Positions 31,606 to 41,877 of a DNA stretch of 64,000 nt are shown in pieces; position 1 is the first letter of the stretch; each line of letters starts with the position of its first letter. Made by a program: the position numbers and the translations under genes. Origin of the DNA: an uncultured delta proteobacterium (GTDB lineage Bacteria > Desulfobacterota > Binatia > UBA9968). The DNA lies in contig CAVXEP010000016.1 in assembly GCA_963760795.1 (NCBI GenBank), forward strand, positions 160,395-224,394, in the 5' to 3' direction. Below the pieces are notes generated by a model that was not told the origin of the DNA, did not search any database, and was given only the letters and a program-made list of their open reading frames with translations.

Positions 31606-32121
31606 TTGCAAGGATCTCGGGCACAGCAGTTTGTCGCGCTGATTCTCGATAACGAAGTCACCGTCGGCGAGTTCGTCACCGAACCGCCGTTGCCCTGGTC
31701 GCGCATCGTCCAGATTGGCGGCGTGTTTCAAATTGCCGAAGGATATCCGAAAGTGCTGAACGCAGCGCTAGGCAAGGCGGAAATGAGAAATTGGGACGAG
31801 GTCTTGCTGCATGGCATGATCAGAACTCTGGCCGATTTAACCGATGCGGTGGATTACGTGGTTATCGGCAACAACGCCGGCCAGGGCTTGCCATTGGCCC
31901 AGGCGGTGCCGCAGGGACTGCGCGCGGCCTCCTCGGGAATCATCTTCGCTAACAGCCTGCCGGAGCAGAGCGCTTACGAACGGCTCGGTTATCAGAATTT
32001 CTTTCGCCGTTGCGAGACCTCGCCGCGCTTGCTCGCAGCGGCGGAAGCGACCGACCGGCCGTTGCATCTTTATTTTATGAACTCGATCCAGCACAACACG
32101 ATGAATTATCACGATCCATAA
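31606..32121 (+). CDS. hypothetical protein
   Basis: 171-aa ORF with protein-like composition (DYVVIGNNAGQG); start uncertain. Confidence 0.6.
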   Translation: MQGSRAQQFVALILDNEVTVGEFVTEPPLPWSRIVQIGGVFQIAEGYPKVLNAALGKAEMRNWDEVLLHGMIRTLADLTDAVDYVVIGNNAGQGLPLAQAVPQGLRAASSGIIFANSLPEQSAYERLGYQNFFRRCETSPRLLAAAEATDRPLHLYFMNSIQHNTMNYHDP

Positions 32122-32190
32122 AGATGGTTGTTCAAAACGTTCCAATCGTTCAAGCCGTGCAAAACCTATGGGACAAACGGGAGGCTCTTG

Positions 32191-33342
32191 ATGAGCGGTG
32201 GTCTATTGCCAGTAATGCCGCGCCAGGCGGCCATGACCGTCAACGATCTCCTCGACAACTGCGCTGAGGTGAAGCCTGGACAGCAAGTCGTCATCGTTGC
32301 CGCTTTCGACGGCCTGGCCGGCGGCGCCAATCTGGTCGATGAAACGGCGATTGCTTGGCTGCAAGCCGGCGTGCAGCAGCGCGGCGCGCAGGCTACCGTG
32401 ATCTGGACCGATATTCCTGCCCGCCTGCACGATTGGCATGTGCCGCCGGTGCTCAAAGCCGCGGTGGCTGGCGCCGATATGCTGATCAGCCATGCCTTCG
32501 ACCTGCCTTTCGAAGAACTCTATGAATTGCGCGATGTCATGGCTCATCACAAAGCTGTTTTCGTCAGGAACATGGCGACGACTGCGCCGTTGTTGGCCAG
32601 TGACTGGGCGGCGACCCCTTATGAGTTGGTTTCCGAGCTACGCATCCGCACGGCGCGGTTATTCAAAGCGGGGCAATCCTGGTCGTTGAGCCACGCCAAC
32701 GGCACGAGCCTGTCGGGAAAAATCCGCACGCCGCTACCGCCGGGACGAAAATACGACGACTATCGTTCGGAGGGTTTTTATCGGCCGTTTCCCGAGGGCG
32801 TCTTCAGCCCGGTCAATATCGCCGATACCAACGGCGTGCTTGTCTTCGAACATAGCTCGCCATGGTGGGCCCGTTACATGGGAGTGCCGGCGCATTTCGC
32901 GACGCCGGTAAAGGTGACCATCGAAAATAATCGCATCCGCGGCTTCGAGGGCGGCGTTGAAGCGCGGGCGATGGAACGTTTCGTCGCCGCTATGGCTACC
33001 CGTGTCGGCGACATGATGTACGAAGCTTTCGCGCTCCATGGCGGCGTCCATCCCCATGCCAAGCTGGCGCGCCATCAATGTCTCGACGATCGCTATCGCG
33101 ACTTCATCGAGCATCATCATTGGAGCAACCTGCACCTTCATCTTGGCGTGGTGCCGCCGGAGCACCGGCAGGATTATCCCTACTTCGTGCATATTACCGG
33201 CGACCTCCAGGGCGCGACGCTCAAACTTGATGAGCAGGTGATTTACGATCACGGCCGGCTGTGCACGGCGGACTTGTCGGAGATCAAAGCCATCGCCGCG
33301 CGTTATCCGGGGCGGCCGGGTGTTGAAGCGGAGGGCTTATGA
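32191..33342 (+). CDS. M29/aminopeptidase-T-like fold protein (NicX-like)
   Basis: VKPGQQVVIV, FPEG, PVKVTIENNRI, HGGVHP, LHLHLG, VHITGD; RBS GGAGG. Confidence 0.6.
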   Translation: MSGGLLPVMPRQAAMTVNDLLDNCAEVKPGQQVVIVAAFDGLAGGANLVDETAIAWLQAGVQQRGAQATVIWTDIPARLHDWHVPPVLKAAVAGADMLISHAFDLPFEELYELRDVMAHHKAVFVRNMATTAPLLASDWAATPYELVSELRIRTARLFKAGQSWSLSHANGTSLSGKIRTPLPPGRKYDDYRSEGFYRPFPEGVFSPVNIADTNGVLVFEHSSPWWARYMGVPAHFATPVKVTIENNRIRGFEGGVEARAMERFVAAMATRVGDMMYEAFALHGGVHPHAKLARHQCLDDRYRDFIEHHHWSNLHLHLGVVPPEHRQDYPYFVHITGDLQGATLKLDEQVIYDHGRLCTADLSEIKAIAARYPGRPGVEAEGL

Positions 33343-34295
33343 ACTTGAAGGCTGGTTTGGCCATCTGCTTGCTGTATTCGCTCTGTTCAACAGGAGCGAT
33401 CGCCGCCGCGGAAAAAGTCGTCATCGCCCATTCCGTGCAACTCTCGGCCACCATCGCGCCGCTGCTCTACGGCATCCAACGCGGCTTCTTCAGGGATGAG
33501 AACATCGATCTCGAGTACCGCATGCTGCCCACCCACATCGGAGTCAAGGCGCTGCTCAATAACGAGATCGATTATCTTTACAGCGCCGGCACGGCGATCC
33601 GCGCCTCCATGCGCGGACTGCCGATCCGCGCTCTGTCCTACGATCTGGAAAGATTGACGCACTATCTAATGGGCCGTCCGGCCGTTCGCAGCGCGGCCGA
33701 TCTGCGCGGCAAGATTGTTGGCGTGAGCTCGCCCGGCGCTTCGGGCGATGTGGCGGCGCGCGCTTGTCTGCGATCCCTCGGCCTCGAGCCCAAGAAAGAC
33801 GTGATCATTGTCTCGATGGGTTCGGATGCGATCCGTTACAGCGCCATCAAAGCTGGTTCAGTAGAAGCGATCATCGCGCCGCTGCCGCGCAACATTCAGC
33901 TGAAAAAGGAAGGCTTGAACGAGCTTTGCTATGCCGGAGCGCTCTTCAAGGGCGCGGTTTCCGGCGTGGTCGCGACCCTGGAGCGTATCCGCGGCAAACC
34001 CGAACAAGCTAAGGCGATGCTGCGCGGCGTGTTGAAAACCTCGCGCTCGCTCACCAGGGAGAAAAATAGTTTCATCGAGTTTTTGGTCACGCGGGTGAAG
34101 CTTGACCGTGACGTTGCCATTGAGACCGCATCGGTGCTCATCGAGGCGCAAACCAAAAACGGCATTATCGAAGAGCCGGATCTGCTGCAAGTGATCGAAA
34201 CCGAGAAGCAGATCGTCGGCGTCGACAAGCCGATTAAGATCGCCGACGTTGCGGATTACAGCTTGCTGCGCGAGGTGTTAAGCAAAGAGCGTTGA
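33339..34295 (+). CDS. ABC-type substrate-binding protein (NMT1/SsuA-like)
   Basis: Signal peptide, RGFFRDENID, DLRGKIVGVSSPG, DYSLLREV. Confidence 0.85.
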   Translation: MNLKAGLAICLLYSLCSTGAIAAAEKVVIAHSVQLSATIAPLLYGIQRGFFRDENIDLEYRMLPTHIGVKALLNNEIDYLYSAGTAIRASMRGLPIRALSYDLERLTHYLMGRPAVRSAADLRGKIVGVSSPGASGDVAARACLRSLGLEPKKDVIIVSMGSDAIRYSAIKAGSVEAIIAPLPRNIQLKKEGLNELCYAGALFKGAVSGVVATLERIRGKPEQAKAMLRGVLKTSRSLTREKNSFIEFLVTRVKLDRDVAIETASVLIEAQTKNGIIEEPDLLQVIETEKQIVGVDKPIKIADVADYSLLREVLSKER

Positions 34296-34357
34296 TCGAT
34301 TGAACGCTGCTACAAGCGAATCGGGTTTGCTAACTCCGAATGATCTAGAATTCGAAC

Positions 34358-35095
34358 TCACTCGCCCAACCCGCGCATCGTCAACGCGCTGGCGGCGCGA
34401 TAGGCAGCATCGATTTTGTACGACGCCTTGGCGCCTTCCAACGCTGTGCGCACGGCAAATTCATCGGTGATATAGGGCGCGATCGCTTCCCAGAGGGCAT
34501 CGGAGTGGTCGACATCGGCCTCGACGTGGACGTTGGTGGACGCGAGTTTTTCCCGCGGCACGCCGGCTTCATTGACGAGCTTGTCACGCCAGCGCCGCGA
34601 GATGCCACCGCCGGGAATCAGTTTGTCGCTGTTACGCCGCTCCAAGGCGTGAAACGCCGTCAAAACGCCCAACCAGGGAAAGGTCGCGGCGATATGCAGC
34701 CAGCCGTGAAAACAAGTCGCGACCAGCGGCGGCAACTCGTAGTTCACCACGTCCTCGCGCGTGAGTCCCAGGGCCTTGGCCTCTTTTAACTGCAAAGTTT
34801 GATGATCGGCGCCGCCGCGCTGATCGAACGACAATTCGTCTTTTTCATGATCCCAGATGGTTTTTTTAACCGCGTAAGGCGAGCGCGCTTGAACGTAAGC
34901 CCAGCAATCCCGTCGATTGATGCCGTAGTACACAGTAAGGATCGCGTGGCGCCGGGCTCTTTCCAAGGTTAACGGTGTCGAGAACATTAACTTAAATTCC
35001 GGGGTGTCATATTGGGCGCGTGCCATCCGGGTTAGTTCTTGGTCGAGCTGCTGCACCAGTGCCGGATTGGCGATTTTATCCCGTAGATCATACAT
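34358..35095 (-). CDS. heme-oxygenase-like diiron enzyme (CADD/PqqC-like iron-containing redox family)
   Basis: HEKDE...DH, ALE, HVEADVDH metal-ligand pattern in a helical protein. Confidence 0.7.
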   Translation of the reverse strand: MYDLRDKIANPALVQQLDQELTRMARAQYDTPEFKLMFSTPLTLERARRHAILTVYYGINRRDCWAYVQARSPYAVKKTIWDHEKDELSFDQRGGADHQTLQLKEAKALGLTREDVVNYELPPLVATCFHGWLHIAATFPWLGVLTAFHALERRNSDKLIPGGGISRRWRDKLVNEAGVPREKLASTNVHVEADVDHSDALWEAIAPYITDEFAVRTALEGAKASYKIDAAYRAASALTMRGLGE

Positions 35096-35220
35096 TTAAG
35101 ATGCCTCCACCGATTAGGTCAACGAATAACACCGGCCTGTTCGTCAAGTCAAACTTGTCAACCAGGCGATTTGACGCCCGCCTTATTTGTTCGATACGGT
35201 ATCCAAGTCAGGGAGTCATC

Positions 35221-36183
35221 ATGGTCGAGATATCGATCTCGCTTTTGTTTATCGCATGGGCTTGGCTCGTGCCGGTTCGCTTAGCGGCCCAGGAACCGTT
35301 CAAAATGATCGTGCCGTTTTCGCCCATCGGCGGCAGTACGGTGCCGTTTTGGATCGCCACCGATGAGCGGCTGTTTCAAAAATATGGCTTGGAAGTGACG
35401 CCGCTTTTTGTCGGCGGATCGAGCGCTATTGTTCAGTCGATGGCGGCTAAACAGTTCGATATCGGTCTGATCGGCGGTGGGGGAGTCGTGCTCAACCGTT
35501 TTGCCGGCGGCGATCTCATCACCATCGGCGCCCATGGCGGTATTTTAACCAGCGACTGTTACGCCAAACCGGAGATCAAGACTGTCGGTGAATTGAAGGG
35601 CAAAATAATCGCCGTGACACGATTCGGCACGACCACGCATTTTTCCGCATTGGCGATGCTTCGGCTGGCCAACATGCGGCCCAACGATGTCGCGTTCGTC
35701 CAAGCCGGCGGCGTCGCCGAATCGTTGGCTGCTCTGCTGAGTAAGAAAGTCGACTGCGCCATCCTCGGTTATCCGAGCAATCAATACGCGCTGCAAGCCG
35801 GCTTCAAGCAGCTTACCGCCTTGGGCAAGACCGAATACGGCTTATTTCCCAATGTCGCCATCGGCACCCGCGAGTCCTGGTTGAAAACACCGCGCAATCG
35901 CGAGCTGGCGGTGAATTTTTTGCGCGCCTTCAGTGAGGGCTTGGCGCTGGCCAAGAAGGACGCCGGATTGAGCAAGAAGGCGATGCGCAAATACGCGCGT
36001 CTTAACGACGAGACGGTGCTGCAAGCTTCGTTTGAATTCTACAAGGACCAATTCCCGCAAACCCTGCGCGTAGATGAGCGCAGCTACGCGAATCTGTTGC
36101 GGTATCTCGATCACCCCAAGGCCGCGGGGGCAGACCCTAAAGAATTCTTCGACAACAGCTTGATCAACGATATCCTGCGCTAA
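35221..36183 (+). CDS. ABC-type substrate-binding protein (NMT1/SsuA-like)
   Basis: Signal peptide, FWIATDERLFQKYGLE, LKGKIIAVTRFG, FFDNSLI. Confidence 0.85.
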   Translation: MVEISISLLFIAWAWLVPVRLAAQEPFKMIVPFSPIGGSTVPFWIATDERLFQKYGLEVTPLFVGGSSAIVQSMAAKQFDIGLIGGGGVVLNRFAGGDLITIGAHGGILTSDCYAKPEIKTVGELKGKIIAVTRFGTTTHFSALAMLRLANMRPNDVAFVQAGGVAESLAALLSKKVDCAILGYPSNQYALQAGFKQLTALGKTEYGLFPNVAIGTRESWLKTPRNRELAVNFLRAFSEGLALAKKDAGLSKKAMRKYARLNDETVLQASFEFYKDQFPQTLRVDERSYANLLRYLDHPKAAGADPKEFFDNSLINDILR

Positions 36184-36263
36184 AGACATCGACGCGGAGA
36201 GTTTATCCCGGCTGGCGATTAGGGTAAGATCCCAATCATAACCGTGCTACCAAGAACCTAGCG

Positions 36264-36560
36264 ATGAGACAGTTATTGACGAAACTGCGACCGCTGGTGG
36301 TCGCCGGCGGGGCGGCGGCGGTGGGAGCGCTGCGCAAGCGGCTTGGCGACGTGCGATCCGAAGACAGCGCGAATCGGTTATATGCGCTGGAGAAGGGTTT
36401 CGAGATTCAAAACGAGCTCAACGAGACCATGGACGTGCGGATCACTGTGTTGCAGGCGCAACTGGCCAAACTGCGCAAGACCGCGCAATTTCTGCTCATC
36501 GGCCTGATCGCCACCACCACGATTGCGGCGATCGCTTTGGCGGCGGCGTTGATGCGCTAA
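36264..36560 (+). CDS. hypothetical coiled-coil protein with C-terminal TM helix
   Basis: 98-aa ORF with heptad pattern and hydrophobic tail. Confidence 0.55.
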   Translation: MRQLLTKLRPLVVAGGAAAVGALRKRLGDVRSEDSANRLYALEKGFEIQNELNETMDVRITVLQAQLAKLRKTAQFLLIGLIATTTIAAIALAAALMR

Positions 36561-36627
36561 TGGCGTCGTAGCCCGCGCCGACTGTGCGACAAAATTTCCC
36601 TGTCACCATAGGAAACCATATCCAAGC

Positions 36628-38542
36628 ATGCCTCTGTTTCGCCTCGATAACATCTCCCACGCCTACGGCCATATTCCATTATTGTCCCAGGTCGGCTTTC
36701 AGATCGACGCCGGTGAACGGGTCTGTTTGGTCGGGCGCAACGGTACCGGCAAGACCACGCTGTTCCGCGTGATCGCGGAGCAGTTGTTGCCGGATGACGG
36801 CGAAATCTGGCGCGCCGAGTCGTTGCGCGTGGCGCACCTCGAACAAGAAGTGCCGCCCGACACCGACCAGACGGTTTTCGAAGTGGTCGCCGGCGGCATC
36901 GGTGAGCTTGGCAAGCTATTGGCGGAATATCACAATCTAACCCACGGCGGTCAGCTGGCGAATCGCGACTCGTTGCTGCAGCTGGCGCGCTTGCAGGCCA
37001 GGATCGAGACCCTGGGCGGCTGGAATATCAATCAAAGAGTCGAGACCGTGCTGACAAGATTGAATCTGCCTGAGGATAAGCGGCTCGCCGATTGTTCCGG
37101 CGGCATACGCCGCCAGGTGATGCTCGCCCGCGCACTCGCCAGTGAGCCCGATTTGTTGCTGCTCGATGAGCCGACCAACCACCTGGATATCAATGCTATC
37201 GATTGGCTGGAAAGATATCTGCTCAATTACCAAGGCGCGGTCATGTTCATTACCCATGACCGGACTCTGGTGCGGCGCTTGGCCACCCGCATCGTCGAGC
37301 TCGACCGTGGCAAGCTTACGTCGTTTCCCGGCGATTTCGATCGTTACTTACAAAAAAAGGACGAACTCTTGGCGATCGAGGAACGGGCGTCGGCCAAGTT
37401 CGACAAAAAGCTCGCCGAGGAAGAGGTGTGGATTCGCCGGGGCGTCAAGGCTCGCCGTACCCGTAACGAGGGCCGGGTGCGCGAGCTTCAAGCCCTGCGT
37501 AAAGAAAAAGCCGACCGCTTGGATGCCCAGGGAAAGGCGCGTTTCACTCTCGACGCCGGCGCGTCCTCGGGTAAGTTGGTCGTCGACCTGCGCCGGGTCG
37601 GGTTTCACTATGGTGAGAATGCGATCATTCGCGAGCTCTCGACAAGAATTATGCGCGGCGACCGTGTCGGCATCATCGGCCCCAATGGTTCGGGCAAGAG
37701 CACGTTGCTCAAATTGATCCTGGCTGAGCTGGCACCGACCACTGGCGAAGTGTTGTTGGGCACCCGGCTGCAGGTGGCCTACTTCGATCAGCACCGCCGC
37801 ACTCTCGACCCGGAAAAAACCGTGCGCGCGAACCTGAGCGATTCGGATATCGTCACCGTGCGCGGCCGCTCGCGCCATGTGGTCGGCTATTTGAAGGACT
37901 TTCTGTTCCCGCCCCAGCGCATCGATTCGCCGGTGAACGCGCTGTCCGGCGGCGAGCGCAACCGTTTGCTGTTGGCGAAACTATTTACTCAATCGGCCAA
38001 TCTGATGGTGCTCGACGAGCCGACCAACGATCTCGATGTCGATACCTTGGAACTGCTCGAAGAACTCTTGTCCGAATACGAAGGCACGCTCTTGCTGGTC
38101 AGCCACGATCGCGCCTTTCTCGACAACGTCGTCACCAGCACGCTGGTTTTCGAAGGCGACGGCAAGTTCACCGAATACGCCGGCGGCTACGAAGACTGGG
38201 CACGCTATCAACGGCAAATTCCCGACGCACCCAGTGAAACTAGACAAGCGCGCCAATGGCGTCGCGATTCCGCCACCGGCTGAAAACAGGCGAACTGAAA
38301 AGCCGCGCAAGCTCAGCTACAAAGAGCAGCGTGAATTGAAAGCGTTACCGGAGAAAATCGAAGCCCTTGAGGTAGAACAGTCTGAACTCAACGCGCGCAT
38401 GGGTGAGCCGGAGTTTTACCGGCAGGGCAACGAAAAGATTAGCGCGACGATGGCCCGGATCGAAGCGGTTAAAAGCGAGTTGGAATCCTGTTATGCGCGC
38501 TGGCAGGTTTTAGAGCTCGTGGCGGTCGCTGCCAATAACTGA
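36628..38542 (+). CDS. uup: ABC-F family ATPase Uup, frameshift near 38235
   Basis: Two ABC domains (GRNGTGKT, GPNGSGKST, LLDEPTN), WIRRGVKARRTRNEGRV linker, C-terminal KLSYKEQREL...RW..LE. Confidence 0.9.
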
Positions 38543-38558
38543 GGGACCCTTCGCGGCG

Positions 38559-38792
38559 ATGACGGATTGCAAACATTCCACTTTAGAACTGCTCGCCGAG
38601 CGCAAAAGCACCATGCGTTGCCGCCGCTGCCATCTGACCCTGGCCGCCGAAGAATTGGGCGATGGTCATTGCCCAGAGTGTTTCGATAGCAGCGGCATTA
38701 AGAACTTCGATTTTGAGGAACTCGCACAGACAGGCGGCAATGGGGTGCGTTATCGCTGCGAAGAGTGCGGCATTGTGATCACCAGTCCTTAA
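38559..38792 (+). CDS. small double zinc-ribbon protein
   Basis: CxH + CxxC + CxxC + CxxC in 77 aa. Confidence 0.7.
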   Translation: MTDCKHSTLELLAERKSTMRCRRCHLTLAAEELGDGHCPECFDSSGIKNFDFEELAQTGGNGVRYRCEECGIVITSP

Positions 38793-39063
38793 ATGGATGG
38801 CATCGCATCGAACCGGGTGCGGCGATCGCAATCGATTAGGATTTGTCGGTGCAAGCGAAACGGATCGTTAGGGAATTAGTCGACCGTGTAATCGTGGTTG
38901 TTCAAATCCGTCGTACCGGCGCAGGCCGTATCCATGTCGGAGAAATATTGCGAACTAGTCAGAGGATGCCGGCCGCAGCTGGCATAACGAAGGCTGCGTA
39001 TTCCGAAACCAGGGATGCCGACTGTCCGCTGGACTACTACCAAGCGAAAATCGAGGGTCGCTG

Positions 39064-39492
39064 TTAGGCCGCCGGCTTGAACTTGGGCAGCCAGATTTTT
39101 TCCGACGCCTTCTCGAACTGCACGGTTACCTTCATTCCCAGCTTCACGTCTTCCACAGGACAACCAATAATGTTGGTGATCAAGCGCGGACCTTCGTCGA
39201 GGTCCACCCACGCGATGACGTAGGGGATGTCGGGCTCGAAGGCTTTCGATGCGGCGCGGCCGACAACCTGGCGGATGACCGTGAACGAATAGATTTCGCC
39301 CTTGCCGCTCATCGGCGTCCACTCGACTTTTTGGCTACCGCATTCGTTACACGACGGGCGCGGCGTCCAGACCCAGGCGCGGCAATCTTGGCAGCGCTGG
39401 ATGGAAAGTTGCTGTTGCGCCGCGGCGTTCCAAAAAGCTCGCGCTTCGTTGGTGATCGCCGGCAGGGGTTTTCTTACGTCTAGTTCAGCCAT
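39064..39492 (-). CDS. DUF35/ChsH2-like Zn-ribbon OB-fold protein
   Basis: QRCQDC..PRPSCNEC, SGKGEIYSFT, PYVIAWVDLDEGPR. Confidence 0.88.
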   Translation of the reverse strand: MAELDVRKPLPAITNEARAFWNAAAQQQLSIQRCQDCRAWVWTPRPSCNECGSQKVEWTPMSGKGEIYSFTVIRQVVGRAASKAFEPDIPYVIAWVDLDEGPRLITNIIGCPVEDVKLGMKVTVQFEKASEKIWLPKFKPAA

Positions 39493-39552
39493 GGTTTTAT
39501 TCTTTTCGCCGAGGTCGCGCTTCGATAAGCGCAACGCGAACGGTTTTTATAT

Positions 39553-40746
39553 CTACAGTTCGTTGCCCAAAATCGCCACGGCACAGCAGCCAAGATTTTT
39601 GCCGTAGGGCAGGACACCCAGGCCTGAGATCAAGCCGATCTTGGCATTGGGCACCTGGCGCTCGCCGCCTTCGCCGCGCAACTGGCGCACGCCTTCTAAA
39701 ATATGATGCACGCCGCCGGCGGTGGAAGGCTGGCCGCAGTTGATAATGCCGCCGCCGGTTTGGATCGGCAGTTGGCCTTTGAAAGTAAAGTCGGTGTTCT
39801 CGAAGAATTTAAGATCGCCCTTCTGGCAAAAGCCCAAGTCTTCGATCTGCAAGTAGACCACGATCACGTAGTCGTCGTAGAGCTGCAAAAAATTAATGTC
39901 CTTGTGCTTTACCCCGGCCATCTCCATGGCGACTCGGCCGGCGTCTTTGACGCCCATGATGAGCGCATCGGAACCGGCGCGCGGCCCGTAGGAGGGGTTG
40001 CTGCGTTCGCCGAAGCCTTTGACCCACACCGGTTTCTTGCGCAATGTTTTGGCGCGCTCAGGCGAGGCCAAGATATAGGCCTTGCCGCCGTTGGCCGGCA
40101 TCACGCAGTCGAACAGGCGCACCGGATCGGCGACCAAGCGGGAATTTTTATAATCCTCGATCGTCATCGGCGAGCGCAGGTAGCCGAGCGGATTCAAGCT
40201 TGAGTGATAGCGCGCCGTGACGGCGATCTTGCCCAGATGGTCGAGGGTGGTGCCGTATTCATGCATATGCCGGCGCATGACCATGGCGATTTTACTATTA
40301 GGCCCCATGGTGCCGTAGGGAATTTCCCAGTCGCGCATGTCGCCGGGCTGAATGCCGCCGCCCCAATGTTCGGAGAAAGGCGCAGCCGCGCCAATCACCA
40401 GCGCGAGATCGATCAATCCGGAATTGATCGCCGCGCTCATGCCGCCCACCAGCGACACCGCGCCGGCGCCGCCGGTGGCGCCGCCGAGCAAGAAGCCCGG
40501 CGTGATGCCGAGGATCTCGCTGACCTCTTCCGGCCAGAACGGTTGGGGATACGCCGTGGGAATCGTCACGCCGAGTCCCTGTCCCTGGAAATCCTTGAGG
40601 CTCAAGCCGGCGTCTTCCAGCGCAAGATGCATGGCCCAAGCTAAATATTCGGCGCTCGACTTGCGTGGCTCGCCGGGCTTGGAGCCCAAGCGATCCGTCG
40701 GTGGGTCGCCGATGCCAACGATTGCCGCTTTGTTTGTTATGCTCAT
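39553..40746 (-). CDS. SCP2/Ltp2-type thiolase-family protein
   Basis: AIVGIG, RHMHEYG, LFDC, LYDDY, PIQTGGG, QLRGEGGERQV. Confidence 0.85.
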   Translation of the reverse strand: MSITNKAAIVGIGDPPTDRLGSKPGEPRKSSAEYLAWAMHLALEDAGLSLKDFQGQGLGVTIPTAYPQPFWPEEVSEILGITPGFLLGGATGGAGAVSLVGGMSAAINSGLIDLALVIGAAAPFSEHWGGGIQPGDMRDWEIPYGTMGPNSKIAMVMRRHMHEYGTTLDHLGKIAVTARYHSSLNPLGYLRSPMTIEDYKNSRLVADPVRLFDCVMPANGGKAYILASPERAKTLRKKPVWVKGFGERSNPSYGPRAGSDALIMGVKDAGRVAMEMAGVKHKDINFLQLYDDYVIVVYLQIEDLGFCQKGDLKFFENTDFTFKGQLPIQTGGGIINCGQPSTAGGVHHILEGVRQLRGEGGERQVPNAKIGLISGLGVLPYGKNLGCCAVAILGNEL

Positions 40747-40887
40747 AGTCCGTCCAATGGGTTTCAGCCGGGACCATAGGACAGCTGTCGGATCATTTCA
40801 AGGGAAATCTTGCTTGGCTTGACAGCGCTGTGAGGTGCCGGTACCACTGCTGGAAAGAATCGGACGGATCAGTCGGATAGGACGGAT

Positions 40888-41877
40888 ATGACCAATCAAC
40901 TGGCAAAATCTTTATTCGCGCTTGCTTTGCTGCTATTGCCTGCCGCGGCACAGGCGCAAAAATTCGTGCAAGCCTACTCATCGATTAGCGCGCTTAACGC
41001 GACCTTCTGGATCATCCAAGACGCCGGATTCGCCAAGCAGGAAGGGCTCGACACCGAACTGGTCTACATTCCCAGTTCGTCGACGGTGGCGCAGGCGACG
41101 CTTGCCGGCGAAGTGATGATCTCACCGGCCAACGGCCAAGTGGTCGCCGATGTCGGCCTGCAAGGCGGCGATTTGGTGGCGATGGGCGGCATCACCAATG
41201 TCGTGGCGTTCTACATCATGGCGACGCCGGAAATAAAAACCATCGCCGATCTCAAAGGGAAAACCGTCGGCGTGACCCGCTTCGGCTCTTCCGGCGATGT
41301 CGGCATGCGCATGTTTTTAACTAAATACGGCTTGGAACCGGTGAAGGATGTGCCGATGATTCAACTCGGCGGGTTGCCGGAGATCGCCGCGGCGATGGGC
41401 AAGCGCACGGTGCATGCCGCGGCATTTTCCCAACCCCTGGCCTATGTCGCGCAGCAGGGCGGGGCGCATCTGTTGGCGAATCTGGCGAAGGAGAACATAC
41501 CGTTTCTCCATGTCGGCGTGACCACGACGCGCAAGTTCATGCGCGAACGGCGCGCCCAGGCCAAAGCTTATCTGCGCGCCTACGGCCGCGCCGTCCACTT
41601 CATGCATACTAAAAAGGAAGACACCAAAGCGATTATCAGCAAATACACCAAGATCAAAGATCAAGGCATGGTCGATGGCAGTCTGACGTACGCTTACGAC
41701 TTCATCGAAAAAGTGCCGCTGGTAAAAGCCGCCGCTTTCCAGGTCACGCTCGACGACATCGCCAAAAAGAATCCCAAAGCGAAGAGCGCCAAGCCGGAAC
41801 AGTTCTACGATAACAGTCTGGTGCAGGAGCTGATCGACGAAGGTTTCTTCGTTAAATTGTGGGGGAGGGCGCCGTGA
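40888..41877 (+). CDS. ABC-type substrate-binding protein (tandem copy A)
   Basis: Signal peptide, DLKGKTVGVTRFG, QFYDNSLVQELIDEGFF. Confidence 0.87.
   Translation: MTNQLAKSLFALALLLLPAAAQAQKFVQAYSSISALNATFWIIQDAGFAKQEGLDTELVYIPSSSTVAQATLAGEVMISPANGQVVADVGLQGGDLVAMGGITNVVAFYIMATPEIKTIADLKGKTVGVTRFGSSGDVGMRMFLTKYGLEPVKDVPMIQLGGLPEIAAAMGKRTVHAAAFSQPLAYVAQQGGAHLLANLAKENIPFLHVGVTTTRKFMRERRAQAKAYLRAYGRAVHFMHTKKEDTKAIISKYTKIKDQGMVDGSLTYAYDFIEKVPLVKAAAFQVTLDDIAKKNPKAKSAKPEQFYDNSLVQELIDEGFFVKLWGRAP

Noticed and set aside
36628-38542. ABC ATPase as the missing partner of the orphan SBPs
   Set aside because: Twin ABC domains, linker and C-terminal coiled coil identify a soluble ABC-F (Uup), not a transporter ATPase.
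38619-38633. CRRCH as a c-type heme motif
   Set aside because: There is no signal peptide, and additional CxxC pairs indicate zinc ribbons.
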